Assembly (NCBI GenBank): GCA_947085185.1
Contig: CAMTVK010000014.1
Location: forward strand, 1-55,005
Reading direction: 5' to 3'
Length of the DNA: 55,005 bases
DNA from: Candidatus Fraserbacteria bacterium
GTDB taxonomy: Bacteria > Bipolaricaulota > Bipolaricaulia > RBG-16-55-9 > DRXL01
Within the stretch, counting starts at the first letter, position 1. The number at the start of each line of letters is the position of its first letter. Shown here one piece after another: positions 43,875 through 53,984 of this stretch. The notes below the pieces were generated by a model, which saw only the letters and a list, made by a program, of their open reading frames with translations, made no database searches and was not told the origin of the DNA. The position numbers and the translations under genes are program-made.

Positions 43875-45520
43875 GCACGATCTTCACCAGCGCGCAAGAG
43901 ATGCCACCGATGGCCGTCTCGCTCGCCGATATGAGCCAGAATCGCACGGGAAGCTGGCGGTATCTCCGCCCGGTCTATAGCGAAAAGCTCGCGCCGTGCA
44001 AGAACGCCTGCCCCCTCGGCAACGATATTCCCAGAATCCTCTCTTTAGTATCTGAGGGACGCTATGAAGACGCCTGGCGGCGCTTTCGCGAGACGTCCCC
44101 GCTCCCCGGGGTCTGCGGGCGAGTCTGCTATCACCCCTGCGAGACCAAGTGCAATCGCAAAGATTTCGACGAACCCCTCTCTATAGCTTCTCTGGAGCGC
44201 TTCGTCGCCGATGCGTGCTTTGAGCTCACAGATAGAATCCCCGACCGCCCACACCGATCCGAAAAGATCGCGATCGTCGGCTCTGGCCCGGCAGGACTGA
44301 CTTGTGCATATTTCTTAGCCAAAGACGGCTACACCGTGACGGTCTTTGAGGCCGCAAGCCAGCCCGGCGGGATGCTCCGTCTGGGAATTCCCTCGTATCG
44401 CCTCCCCAGAGAAGTCTTGGATCGCGAGATCGAGCTCATCGTCCGCTGGGGGGTAGAGTTTCGTACTAACACCAAGATCGGCCAAGATATAGATATCGAA
44501 GAGCTCTGGGAGCAGTACGACGCCCTCTTCATTGCTACTGGGGCACATCGCAGTCGTGCTCTGAACATCCCTGGGGAGGAGTTCGCCCTGACGGGGCTGG
44601 AATTTCTCAAAGCCGTCAACGCCGGGCAGAGTGTAGTCCTTGGGAAGAGAGTGTTAATAATCGGCGGGGGCAATACGGCGATGGACTGCGCCCGCACGGC
44701 GCTGAGGCTCGGCGCTCGGCCCATTGTCGTCTATAGGCGCACCCGCGAAGAGATGCCTGCTATCGCCGAAGAGATCGAAGAGGCCGAGCACGAAGGGGTG
44801 CAATTTGAGTTCCTCGCCGCGCCGGTAGCTCTCCGTCCGCGGGACGGCACGCTCGAGGTGCACTGCATCCGCATGCAGCTTGGGGAGCCTGATACAAGCG
44901 GGCGCCGTCGCCCCGTGCCCGTCCCCGCATCGGACTTCGTCATGCGCGCGGATTCTGTGCTCAAGGCCGTCGGTGAGGAGCCCGATCTCGAGTTCTTGTC
45001 GGAACGTCTTGAGACGAGCGAAGGGATCGTGATCGCGCGTTCTGCAGGGCTGCTGGAGCGTGCAGGGATCTTCATGGGCGGAGATGCTCAGACCGGCCCA
45101 AGTACAGTAGCCCAAGCGATGCGCTCCGGCAGAGAGACGGCCTATGCTATCATGAGATTCTTGCGGGGAGCGCGCAAGCCCAAAGCCCACAAGCTCGACG
45201 AAGCGCTGCGCGTCAATTTCGATTACTTTACTCATAAGCCCAGAGTACCTACACCTCAGCTCCCAGGCGCAGAGAGAATCACAAACTTTGCCGAGACGAA
45301 GCGCACAATTTCCGCAGACCAAGCGCGCGCTGAAGCGAGCCGCTGCTTCTCGTGTGGCGTCTGCAATCAGTGTAACAACTGCTGGGTCTTCTGCCCCGAC
45401 GCCGCGATCACACGAAGAGATGGCACCTACGACGTGAACTATGACTTCTGCAAGGGCTGCGGGGTCTGCGCCGAAGAATGCCCGCGCAGCGTCATCTCTC
45501 TGATAGAGGAGGAGCTATGA
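43871..45520 (+). CDS. Delta subunit with an inserted GltD/NfnB-like FAD/NAD(P) oxidoreductase
   Basis: TGSWR..RP N-terminus, PC...CP, GRVCYHPCE..C, GSGPAG, GGGNTA.D, YRR, C-terminal 2x[4Fe-4S]. Confidence 0.88.
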   Translation: MSTIFTSAQEMPPMAVSLADMSQNRTGSWRYLRPVYSEKLAPCKNACPLGNDIPRILSLVSEGRYEDAWRRFRETSPLPGVCGRVCYHPCETKCNRKDFDEPLSIASLERFVADACFELTDRIPDRPHRSEKIAIVGSGPAGLTCAYFLAKDGYTVTVFEAASQPGGMLRLGIPSYRLPREVLDREIELIVRWGVEFRTNTKIGQDIDIEELWEQYDALFIATGAHRSRALNIPGEEFALTGLEFLKAVNAGQSVVLGKRVLIIGGGNTAMDCARTALRLGARPIVVYRRTREEMPAIAEEIEEAEHEGVQFEFLAAPVALRPRDGTLEVHCIRMQLGEPDTSGRRRPVPVPASDFVMRADSVLKAVGEEPDLEFLSERLETSEGIVIARSAGLLERAGIFMGGDAQTGPSTVAQAMRSGRETAYAIMRFLRGARKPKAHKLDEALRVNFDYFTHKPRVPTPQLPGAERITNFAETKRTISADQARAEASRCFSCGVCNQCNNCWVFCPDAAITRRDGTYDVNYDFCKGCGVCAEECPRSVISLIEEEL

Positions 45521-46689
45521 CGCCCACGCTCACCGGGACAAAAAGAGTCGTCACGGGCAATCACGCCGTCTCCTACGGGGTGATGCGCGCGCGCGTCCAG
45601 GTGATCTCAGCGTATCCCATCACGCCACAGACTCAAATCGTCGAACTTTTGAGCGAGATGTGCGCCAACGGCACACTGAGAGCCAAGTTCATCAAAGTCG
45701 AGTCGGAGCACTCGGCGATGGCCGCGCTCATCGGCGCGGCGAGCGCCGGAGCGCGAACTTTTACAGCGACGAGCGCCCATGGACTGGCGCTCATGCACGA
45801 GATGCTCCACTGGGCCGCCGGGGCGCGCCTGCCCATCGTCATGGCCAACGTGAATCGAGCCATGGGGCCACCGTGGTCCGTCTGGACCGACCAGAACGAC
45901 AGCCTCTCCCAGCGCGACACCGGCTGGATGCAACTCTACTGCGAGAGCAACCAAGAAGTCCTAGATACAGTCATCCACGCGTACAAAGTTGCCGAGAGAG
46001 TCTTGATGCCGACGATGCTCGTGCTCGATGCCTTCGTGCTCTCGCACACTGCGGAGCAGGTCGAGATTCCCGATCAAGCCCTCGTAGATCGATATCTGCC
46101 GCCATATCAGCCCGTCTATAAACTGGACGTGCACGACCCGCGCTCGTTTGGTGCGCTCGCCCCGCCCGATCTCTATATGGAGCTGCGCTACAAGATGCAC
46201 CAGGCGATGGAAGATTCTGTAGCGGAGTGGGCCCGCGCCGACGAGGAGTTTTATGAGCTCTTTGGGCGACGCTATGGGCTGATCGAACCCTATCGCGCCG
46301 ATGACGCCGAGATACTCTTAGTGACGTCGGGGACGGTCACAAGCACGGCTCGCGAAGTCATAGACGAGCTCCGTGCCGAGGGTCGTCGCGTGGGGCTCCT
46401 CAAGATTCGAGTCTTCCGGCCATTCCCCACTCTGCTGGTGCGCGAGGCCCTCCGAAGCGCCAAGAAAGTCGCTGTCATAGATAGAAATATCAGTTTCGGC
46501 ATGGGCGGGATCTTCGCGCAAGAGCTCAAAGCAGCGCTGTATAACAGCGCAGAGCGCCCGCCAATATTGGGATTTGTTGCAGGGCTTGGCGGACGCGACA
46601 TCACGCCCGCAGTGATCCGAGAGATCATTGACTACGCGGAGAGCCGCGACGAGCCCGAAGATCTCATCTGGGTGGGAGTGAAACGATGA
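45517..46689 (+). CDS. porA: 2-oxoacid oxidoreductase alpha subunit (POR/VOR-type)
   Basis: AYPITPQT, ESEHSA, NRA, GLGGRD motifs. Confidence 0.9.
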   Translation: MTPTLTGTKRVVTGNHAVSYGVMRARVQVISAYPITPQTQIVELLSEMCANGTLRAKFIKVESEHSAMAALIGAASAGARTFTATSAHGLALMHEMLHWAAGARLPIVMANVNRAMGPPWSVWTDQNDSLSQRDTGWMQLYCESNQEVLDTVIHAYKVAERVLMPTMLVLDAFVLSHTAEQVEIPDQALVDRYLPPYQPVYKLDVHDPRSFGALAPPDLYMELRYKMHQAMEDSVAEWARADEEFYELFGRRYGLIEPYRADDAEILLVTSGTVTSTAREVIDELRAEGRRVGLLKIRVFRPFPTLLVREALRSAKKVAVIDRNISFGMGGIFAQELKAALYNSAERPPILGFVAGLGGRDITPAVIREIIDYAESRDEPEDLIWVGVKR

Positions 46690-47567
46690 GCAATTTTACG
46701 ATACCGCCTGAAGAGCTTATGGGTTCAGGGCATCTGGGCTGTCAAGGGTGTGGGGCGGCTTTAGCGATGCGCTACACGCTCAAAGCCCTCGGAGAAAAGA
46801 CGATCGTTGTCATCCCCGCGTGCTGCTGGACGATCATCGCTGGGCCGTTCCCGTATACGTCCGTAAAAGTCCCGGTGCTCCACACGGCGTTCGAGACGGC
46901 AGCAGTCACAGCTTCTGGGGTGCGCGCGGCTTTAGATATTCAGGGCGACACCGAGACGACCGTCTTGGCATGGGCCGGTGACGGCGGGACGTTCGATATT
47001 GGGCTGCAATCGCTCTCTGGGGCTGCCGAACGCAACGAAAATATTCTCTATATCTGCTACGACAACGAAGCCTACATGAACACGGGGATCCAGCGCAGCA
47101 GCGCCACCCCGTACCTTGCGTGGACGACGACAACCCCCGAAAAGACCCCTAAGGCCGAACCCAAGAAAGACATCATGGCGATCATGGTCGCCCACGGTAT
47201 TCCGTATGCAGCGACAGCGACCATCGCTTATCCCGAAGACTTCATCCGCAAAGTCCAGAAAGCGAAGAGCATCTACGGCACGAAGTTCCTCCACGTGTTA
47301 GCGCCCTGTCCGCCAGGATGGAAGACCTCGTCAGAGTTGACGATCAAGCTCTCGCGCTTGGCCGTCCAAACGAGAGTCTTCCCCCTCTACGAAGTCGAAA
47401 ACCGCGAACGATATACCCTCAACGAGCCCAAAGCAGAGACCGGGCTGCCCGTGAGCGCGTATCTCCGGCTTCAAGGAAGATTCAGCCATCTCACTGAAGA
47501 CGAGCAAGCAGCGATCCAACGGCTCGTAGACGCGCGCTGGCAAAGACTGATGCGCTTGGTTCTATGA
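46686..47567 (+). CDS. porB: 2-oxoacid oxidoreductase beta (TPP-binding) subunit
   Basis: GCQGCG, GDGGT.DIG..DNEAYMNTG, PCP motifs. Confidence 0.9.
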   Translation: MSNFTIPPEELMGSGHLGCQGCGAALAMRYTLKALGEKTIVVIPACCWTIIAGPFPYTSVKVPVLHTAFETAAVTASGVRAALDIQGDTETTVLAWAGDGGTFDIGLQSLSGAAERNENILYICYDNEAYMNTGIQRSSATPYLAWTTTTPEKTPKAEPKKDIMAIMVAHGIPYAATATIAYPEDFIRKVQKAKSIYGTKFLHVLAPCPPGWKTSSELTIKLSRLAVQTRVFPLYEVENRERYTLNEPKAETGLPVSAYLRLQGRFSHLTEDEQAAIQRLVDARWQRLMRLVL

Positions 47568-50533
47568 GAGTGCTGATGTCGGGCAACGAGGCGATCGCTC
47601 GTGGGGCGTGGGAGGCGGGGGTGCGGGTCGGCTGCGGCTATCCCGGCACCCCCAGCACGGAGATCTTAGAGGCCCTCGCGCTCTACTCCGAAGTCGACTG
47701 CGAGTGGTCTACCAACGAAAAAGTTGCGCTTGAAGTCGCGATCGGAGCGGCGCTCGCGGGGGGACGAGCCATCGCCACGATGAAGCATGTGGGGCTCAAC
47801 GTCGCGGCTGATCCGTTCTTTTCGGTCTCGTATATGGGGGTCAACGCGGGACTGGTCGTGGTCTCTGCCGACGATCCGGGGATGCATTCGTCCCAGAACG
47901 AACAAGATAATAGACTCCTCGCGCGAGCGGCGCGCGTCGCCTTACTAGAACCTTCTACGGCCCAAGAGTGCAAGGACTTTACAATCGCAGCATTTGAGAT
48001 CTCTGAGCGCTATGACACCCCCGTCTTGTTACGCACGACGACGCGCATCTCTCACAGCAAGGGCTTAGTTGCTCTAGGGCAACGACACGAGGTCCCGCGC
48101 AAGCCCTATCGCAAGAACGTGCAGAAAAACGTAGTTCTTCCTGCACACGGGCGCGTGCGCCATCAGCTCATAGAGACCCAGCGCATCCCTGCTTTAGAGC
48201 GCGAAGCTGAGCGCTGGGCTCAAGTCTTCGAAGGCTCCGATGACTTAGCCATTATCACGTCCGGGGCAGCGTTCCTCTACGCCCGCGAGGCCTTCCCCGA
48301 AGCGACGATCTTGAAGGTGGGCATGACCCACCCGTTGCCTCGAGCACTGATTAAAAATTTCTGTCAGAACAAGAAGCGCATTCTCGTCATAGAAGAGCTT
48401 GAGCCCTATCTGACGGAGCAAGTTCGCACTCTGGGGATTTTCACCGAAGAGATTCACCTCCCGCGTTTTGGCGAACTGTCGGTTGGGCTGGTGCGGCAGG
48501 CGGTGCATCGCCCTCGTGACGGGGCCACCCCTCCCCCCGTCCCACTCCTGCCGCCACGCCCACCGATCCTGTGCGCCGGCTGCATGCACCGCGGAATCTT
48601 CTATGTGCTCAAACAACTCGACGCCATCGTCTCCGGAGATATCGGCTGCTACACCCTCGGAGCGCTCGCCCCCCTGGACGCCATGGACACATGCATGAAC
48701 ATGGGGGCATCGCTCTCCATGGCCCACGGCATGGCCAAGGTCTTCTCCGAAGACGAGAAGAAGAGACTCGTCGCGGTCATCGGCGACTCGACGTTCTATC
48801 ACTCTGGCGTCCCCGCCCTCATAGATATTCTCTACAATGGCGGCCAGATCGTTACGATCATTTTAGATAATCATACGACGGCCATGACCGGCCACCAAGA
48901 GCATCCCGGCACAGGGCGCACGATCAGGGGCGAACCCGCAAGAGCCATCGAGCTCGAATCGCTCGCCAAGGGCTTGGGAGTTCAGCACGTGCCGCGCGTT
49001 GATCCCTATGATCTCTTGACGGCCTGGCGCACCGTTGATGAAGCGCTCCATCGCCGGGAACCATCGGTTATCATTGCCGACGCGCCCTGCGTCCTCAAAG
49101 AGAAGCGCCGTTTCGGCGAGATCGTCTCGGTAGATCACACCAAGTGCACCGAATGCTACGCGTGCACAGAGTTGGGCTGTCCTGCCATAGAAATCCAAGA
49201 TGGGCACATTGAAATTAATAAGTTCCTGTGCATCGGATGCACCCATTGTCAACAAGTCTGCGCCGACTGCAACGCCGGGATTGACATCCCCCAAGTTTTA
49301 GAATTAGTGCACCAGAAGCGCTACGCCGAAGCGTTCCAAGTGTTATTGCGAGCCAATCCCTTCCCGGCGGTCGCCGGGCGGGTCTGCCCGCATCCCTGCG
49401 ATCACGAAGTGAATGCGCTCGGCTGGCCCCAAGAGAAGCGCTACGCCGAGCTCTACCCAGACCTCGTGCGCGAGTTTGCGACCCCAGGGCATCCGTCCAA
49501 GCTCTCCGTGCGCGACGTCGAACGATTCTTGGGGGATTATGGGATCGAGCGCTTCTCTGGAACGGAGTTTGCCCCCGCTGAAGAGCGCCCGGAGAAGATC
49601 GCGATCATCGGGTCTGGGCCGGCGGGATTGTCGACAGCGTTCTATCTCCGACGACGCGGCTTTCACGTAAAAGTCTTAGAATCTTTTGAGCACCCCGGCG
49701 GCATGATGCGCTACGGCATCCCCGCGTTCCGCCTCGATAAAGAGCTCTTAAGCCGCGAGATCGAGCGTCTCGTGATGATGGGCATCGAGGTTCAGTGTCA
49801 TGTGACTGTCGGGCGCGACGTGAGCTTCGCGGAGCTTCAAAGGGAGTACGACGCTATCGTCATCGCTGTAGGGGACTCCGCTCCGCAGGAGTTAGAACTT
49901 GAGTCCACCGGCGAGATCCAAGAAGGGCTGCTCTACGGGGTAGATTTCTTGCGCCGCCTCAATCGCGGGCAAGCCGTGAAGGTCGGACGCAGGGTCGCGG
50001 TCGTTGGCGGGGGCAATACAGCGATCGACTGTGCGCGCTCGGCCCAGAGATTAGGGGCCGACGTGACCGTGTACTATCGGCGCACGGCTCAAGAGATGCC
50101 CGCCATTCGCGAGGAGATCGACGCAGCGATCTTAGAAGGAGTGCGCTTTGAGTTCCAAACGAACCCTCTCAGGGTTATCGTCAAGGACGGGTGCGTCTGC
50201 GGGCTTGAGCTCATACGGATGCACCCAGGTCCTCTCGATAAAGACGGGCGCCGTCGGCCCGTGCCCATCCCCGATAGCGCATTCTACGTCGAGGCAGATA
50301 CTGTCATCTTAGCTATAGGCGAGCGCGCTGATCTGGAGTTTCTCAAAGGGAGTGGGGTTCGATTCACTCAAAAGATTCACACGACGTTCACCGGGGTCAC
50401 ATCGCAGCCAGGGGTCTTTGCTTGCGGAGATGTCGCGTTTGGCTATGGCACGGTGACGCAGGGCATTGCGACCGGGCGGCGGGTCGCGGAAGCTGTCACG
50501 CGGTATCTCCATCAGAAGGGCATGAAGCGATGA
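47564..50533 (+). CDS. iorA: Indolepyruvate oxidoreductase alpha subunit fused to a GltD/NfnB-like domain
   Basis: GNEAIARGA..GYPGTPSTE, SSQNEQD, LCAGC.H, GDIGCY, GDSTF, ferredoxin motifs, then GRVCPHPC, GSGPAG, GGGNTA.D. Confidence 0.9.
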   Translation: MRVLMSGNEAIARGAWEAGVRVGCGYPGTPSTEILEALALYSEVDCEWSTNEKVALEVAIGAALAGGRAIATMKHVGLNVAADPFFSVSYMGVNAGLVVVSADDPGMHSSQNEQDNRLLARAARVALLEPSTAQECKDFTIAAFEISERYDTPVLLRTTTRISHSKGLVALGQRHEVPRKPYRKNVQKNVVLPAHGRVRHQLIETQRIPALEREAERWAQVFEGSDDLAIITSGAAFLYAREAFPEATILKVGMTHPLPRALIKNFCQNKKRILVIEELEPYLTEQVRTLGIFTEEIHLPRFGELSVGLVRQAVHRPRDGATPPPVPLLPPRPPILCAGCMHRGIFYVLKQLDAIVSGDIGCYTLGALAPLDAMDTCMNMGASLSMAHGMAKVFSEDEKKRLVAVIGDSTFYHSGVPALIDILYNGGQIVTIILDNHTTAMTGHQEHPGTGRTIRGEPARAIELESLAKGLGVQHVPRVDPYDLLTAWRTVDEALHRREPSVIIADAPCVLKEKRRFGEIVSVDHTKCTECYACTELGCPAIEIQDGHIEINKFLCIGCTHCQQVCADCNAGIDIPQVLELVHQKRYAEAFQVLLRANPFPAVAGRVCPHPCDHEVNALGWPQEKRYAELYPDLVREFATPGHPSKLSVRDVERFLGDYGIERFSGTEFAPAEERPEKIAIIGSGPAGLSTAFYLRRRGFHVKVLESFEHPGGMMRYGIPAFRLDKELLSREIERLVMMGIEVQCHVTVGRDVSFAELQREYDAIVIAVGDSAPQELELESTGEIQEGLLYGVDFLRRLNRGQAVKVGRRVAVVGGGNTAIDCARSAQRLGADVTVYYRRTAQEMPAIREEIDAAILEGVRFEFQTNPLRVIVKDGCVCGLELIRMHPGPLDKDGRRRPVPIPDSAFYVEADTVILAIGERADLEFLKGSGVRFTQKIHTTFTGVTSQPGVFACGDVAFGYGTVTQGIATGRRVAEAVTRYLHQKGMKR

Positions 50534-51135
50534 ATACGAAAGATATCGTCATAGTCGGCGTAGGCGGGCAGGGGTCTTTGCTAGCGGGGCAGATCATCGC
50601 GCGGGTGGCAGCGCTCGCCGGGCTGTCCGTCGCGGCTTCAGAAGTGCATGGCATGGCCCAGCGTGGCGGCTCGGTCTTCTCCACCGTGCGCTATGGGGAA
50701 GACGTGCTCTCGCCCGCCGTGCCCGAAGCCTCGGCCGATGTGCTGCTCGCCTTTGAAAAATTAGAAGCCCTGCGCTATCTGAACTATCTGAAGTGTGATG
50801 GGCTGGCTCTTATCAACGATCAGCGCATCGCGCCCAGCATAGAATCTCTCAAGCTTATCCCCTACCCCGACGACAAGACGTTCGAAGAAGCACTACGTCG
50901 TCGCGCAGGCACGGTATTGATCGCGCCGGGGCTTGAGATCGCCCAAGGGCTGGGGAATCCCGCTCTGACCAACACTGTTATGCTCGGTGCGCTCTCACTC
51001 TTTCTCGACCTGCCTCACGCCAAATGGCGCCAAGCGATCGCCGAGCTTGTCCCGCCCAAGACAGTCGAGCTCAATCTCTTAGCGTTCGAAGGGGGACTCG
51101 ACTGGGCGAAGCGCCACGCCCACATCGCCGTCTAA
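50530..51135 (+). CDS. iorB: Indolepyruvate oxidoreductase beta subunit
   Basis: GVGGQG and SEVHGMAQRGGSV motifs. Confidence 0.93.
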   Translation: MNTKDIVIVGVGGQGSLLAGQIIARVAALAGLSVAASEVHGMAQRGGSVFSTVRYGEDVLSPAVPEASADVLLAFEKLEALRYLNYLKCDGLALINDQRIAPSIESLKLIPYPDDKTFEEALRRRAGTVLIAPGLEIAQGLGNPALTNTVMLGALSLFLDLPHAKWRQAIAELVPPKTVELNLLAFEGGLDWAKRHAHIAV

Positions 51136-51189
51136 TGGACATCCCTCGAGCAATCTGTTACAATATAGAGCCGTGTGAAAGGAGGCCGT

Positions 51190-51801
51190 ATGCCGTTCTC
51201 ACTACCGCCATTACCGTATCCGTATGACGCGTTGGAGCCGTATATCGACAAACTGACGATGGAGCTCCATCACACCAAACACCATGCTGGGTACGTCAAC
51301 AACCTCAATAAAGCTCTGGAGTCGGCTCCGGAGCTCGCCAATAAGAGTCTCGAAGAGCTGTTAGCCCACAATTGTGCTATTGTTCCGGAGAAGATCAGAA
51401 CGGCCGTGCGCAATCATGGGGGCGGGCACATCAACCATTCGCTCTTCTGGGAGATCATGGGCCCCAAGGCTGGAGGAGAGCCCCGCGGCAAGATCGCCGA
51501 AGCGATCACTCAGACCTTCGGGAGCTTCGAGAAATTTAAAGAGACATTGACTGAAGCTGCCCTGGGGCGCTTTGGCTCGGGCTGGGCCTGGCTTGTGAAA
51601 ACTCCCGATAAGAAACTCGAAGTCTATTCCACCCCCAACCAAGATAGCCCCTTGATGGAGGGGAAGATCCCTATCTTAGGGATCGACGTGTGGGAGCACG
51701 CGTATTATCTCAAATATCAACATCGTCGCGCCGACTACGTCCAAGCGTGGTGGAACGTCGTCAACTGGGCTGCGGTCGAGAAGCGCTTCACTTCCATTTG
51801 A
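51190..51801 (+). CDS. sodA: Superoxide dismutase, Mn-type signature
   Basis: [27 protein letters not shown] motifs. Confidence 0.95.
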   Translation: MPFSLPPLPYPYDALEPYIDKLTMELHHTKHHAGYVNNLNKALESAPELANKSLEELLAHNCAIVPEKIRTAVRNHGGGHINHSLFWEIMGPKAGGEPRGKIAEAITQTFGSFEKFKETLTEAALGRFGSGWAWLVKTPDKKLEVYSTPNQDSPLMEGKIPILGIDVWEHAYYLKYQHRRADYVQAWWNVVNWAAVEKRFTSI

Positions 51802-52315
51802 TGGTGCAGCCGACGGGCTGCGTATCTTTGAGCCCAGGTTCTTTCCCAGCGAGCACGGCATCGAGCGCATCCTTGAAGTAACGCTTGGTCACTTTCGTTG
51901 CGTCTTCGTAATTATCATCGATCGCGCCGTGGTAGCGCAGCTTCATCGCTGAATCGAAGAGAAAGATTTCGGGAGTCCGTTGGGCTCCGTAGACTTTCGC
52001 GACTTGTTGGGTCTCGTCGTGCAGATAGGGGAAGGGATAGCCCTTCTCTTTGGCTCTTCTAGTCATATTGTCGAAGCTATCTTCAGGATATTTGGTGGGG
52101 TCATTAGAGTTAATTAAGAGAAATTGCACGCCCTTGGGCTCGTATTCTTTGGCGAGCGCGATCATGCGGTCTTCATACGCTTTCACGTAAGGGCAATGAT
52201 TGCAACTGAAGATGACCGCGATGGCTTTTTTGTTCTTATAATCTGAGAGCTTATAGATTTTCCCGTCTACACCCTTCAGCTGGAAATCCGGAGCTTGGTC
52301 GCTATATTTGAGCAT
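51788..52315 (-). CDS. Thioredoxin-fold redoxin (AhpC/TSA-like)
   Basis: APDF.L, CNHCPYV, TPE.F, GCTIKWK motifs. Confidence 0.9.
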   Translation of the reverse strand: MLKYSDQAPDFQLKGVDGKIYKLSDYKNKKAIAVIFSCNHCPYVKAYEDRMIALAKEYEPKGVQFLLINSNDPTKYPEDSFDNMTRRAKEKGYPFPYLHDETQQVAKVYGAQRTPEIFLFDSAMKLRYHGAIDDNYEDATKVTKRYFKDALDAVLAGKEPGLKDTQPVGCTIKWK

Positions 52316-52419
52316 GGAAAATCACCTCGTTGATCTCATTATAGACTCTGATACGCTCTGAAGCAACAGCTTCTTGCGTCGCTGGACGAGCCAGCTTCGG
52401 ACGTGTTACAATTATGACA

Positions 52420-52671
52420 ATGGCAAAACCTACGATCACTATCGAGTACTGCGACGAGTGTATGTATCTGCGGCCGGCCCTCGAGGCCGCACACAAGATC
52501 TTAGATATATACGCGGACAGGGTCGAGGCTGTCGCGCTCAAGCCCGGGCACGACGGGGTCTTCCGCGTCACCGCCGATGGCACTCTCATTATTCAGATGG
52601 GCGACGAGGGCCTGCCCAATGCCGAACGAGTCGCTCACGCCGTCGCAGAGTTTTTTGCTCAACTATCATGA
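52420..52671 (+). CDS. SelW/Rdx family protein (Cys form)
   Basis: ITIEYCDEC and PG..GVF.V motifs. Confidence 0.85.
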   Translation: MAKPTITIEYCDECMYLRPALEAAHKILDIYADRVEAVALKPGHDGVFRVTADGTLIIQMGDEGLPNAERVAHAVAEFFAQLS

Positions 52672-53207
52672 AGACCAAGCGCGGCTTATTTTTGGGACGA
52701 TTCCAGCCGTATCACAACGGCCACCACGCCGTCATCAAACAGATCCTCGAGAGCCGAGAGATCGACGAACTGATCATTGCCATCGGCTCTGCTCAGGAGA
52801 GCCACACGCTGAAAGACCCCTTCACCGCCGGCGAAAGAATCATGATGATCACCGAGGCGCTCGAAGACTTAAAGCCCCCAATCACGACGTATGTCTTGCC
52901 CCTCGAAGACATCGCGCGCAACTCGCTCTACGTCGCGCATATTCGTAGCTTAACACCACCGTTTGAGATCGTCTATTCGAATAACCCGTTAGTGCAACAG
53001 CTCTTCGAGGAGCAGAAGATCACAGTGCGCTCACTGCCCTACGTCGAGCGCGACCAGTGGGACGGCACAAAAATCCGCGAGCTGATGCTTCACAGCGATG
53101 CATGGAAATCGTATGTGCCCTCGGTCGTGGCCCACGTCATCGAAGAGATCGGAGGCGTAGAGAGATTGCGTCGGATCCATAAGACCGATAAACACCATGA
53201 CGCTTAA
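52668..53207 (+). CDS. nadM: Archaeal-type NMN adenylyltransferase
   Basis: GRFQPYHNGH, GSAQESH..PFTAGER, NNPLV, GT.IR motifs. Confidence 0.9.
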   Translation: MKTKRGLFLGRFQPYHNGHHAVIKQILESREIDELIIAIGSAQESHTLKDPFTAGERIMMITEALEDLKPPITTYVLPLEDIARNSLYVAHIRSLTPPFEIVYSNNPLVQQLFEEQKITVRSLPYVERDQWDGTKIRELMLHSDAWKSYVPSVVAHVIEEIGGVERLRRIHKTDKHHDA

Positions 53208-53967
53208 CGTCCCCACGCGCGAGAACAAGAAGCTCGAAGCTGTGGTCGCTCGCATCAACGAGCACGTCACGCTCAATACGTATTGGTACTGCTCCAACGT
53301 GAACGCTATAGACAGATTGGGGATCAACGATCACGGTCCGGTGCATATCAGAATTGTTGCCAATCTGGCGCTCAAAATTCTGCGAATGCTCATCGAAGCC
53401 GGGGTGCAGCCCAGCGTCGAGAAGCACCATAAACTTACGAAAGACGACGCCGAAGTGATCGTTGTGTTGGGGGCGTGCTTGCACGACATTGGGCATATCG
53501 TCCATCGCACCAATCACGAGCCGTTCTCCGTCGCGCTCGCTGCGGATCTCCTGCCCGATCTGTTAAGGGATATCTACCCAGAACGTGAGCGCACGATCAT
53601 GATCTCCGAAGTCCTGCACGCGGTCTACGCTCACGAGACCGAAGTCGAGCCGTTTACGGTCGAAGCAGGGGTGGTGAAGATCGCCGATGCGCTCGACATG
53701 GAAGAGGGGCGGGCGCGCATCCCTTTCAAAGCAGGTTCGATGACGATTCATGCCGTCTCGGCATTAGCCATAGAAGACGTGCAGCTGCGCAAGGGTGAGA
53801 AGCGCCCCATCTGCATTGAGATCAAGATGTCCAACTCCGCGGGGATCTTTCAGATTGACAATCTCTTAAAAGAGAAGCTCCGACGCTCTGGGCTTTCAGA
53901 GTATTTTGAGATCCGTGCGGAAATCGCTGAAAAAGAGAAGAAGCTCATCGAGCGCTATGAGTTGTAG
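53197..53967 (+). CDS. HD-domain phosphohydrolase
   Basis: NDHGPVH, LHDIGH, ADALDM..GRAR, IH.VSA motifs. Confidence 0.88.
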   Translation: MTLNVPTRENKKLEAVVARINEHVTLNTYWYCSNVNAIDRLGINDHGPVHIRIVANLALKILRMLIEAGVQPSVEKHHKLTKDDAEVIVVLGACLHDIGHIVHRTNHEPFSVALAADLLPDLLRDIYPERERTIMISEVLHAVYAHETEVEPFTVEAGVVKIADALDMEEGRARIPFKAGSMTIHAVSALAIEDVQLRKGEKRPICIEIKMSNSAGIFQIDNLLKEKLRRSGLSEYFEIRAEIAEKEKKLIERYEL

Positions 53968-53984
53968 CCAACCCCCTTGACTTC

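Noticed and set aside
43871..45520. Glutamate synthase small subunit as a functional call
   Set aside because: No gltB nearby; the domain is embedded in an oxidoreductase delta subunit.
51788..51801. Convergent 3' overlap of sodA and the redoxin gene
   Set aside because: A 14-bp tail-to-tail overlap is ordinary in compact genomes.
52420..52671. Selenoprotein in the SelW-like gene
   Set aside because: The motif is CDEC encoded by TGC/TGT; there is no in-frame TGA.
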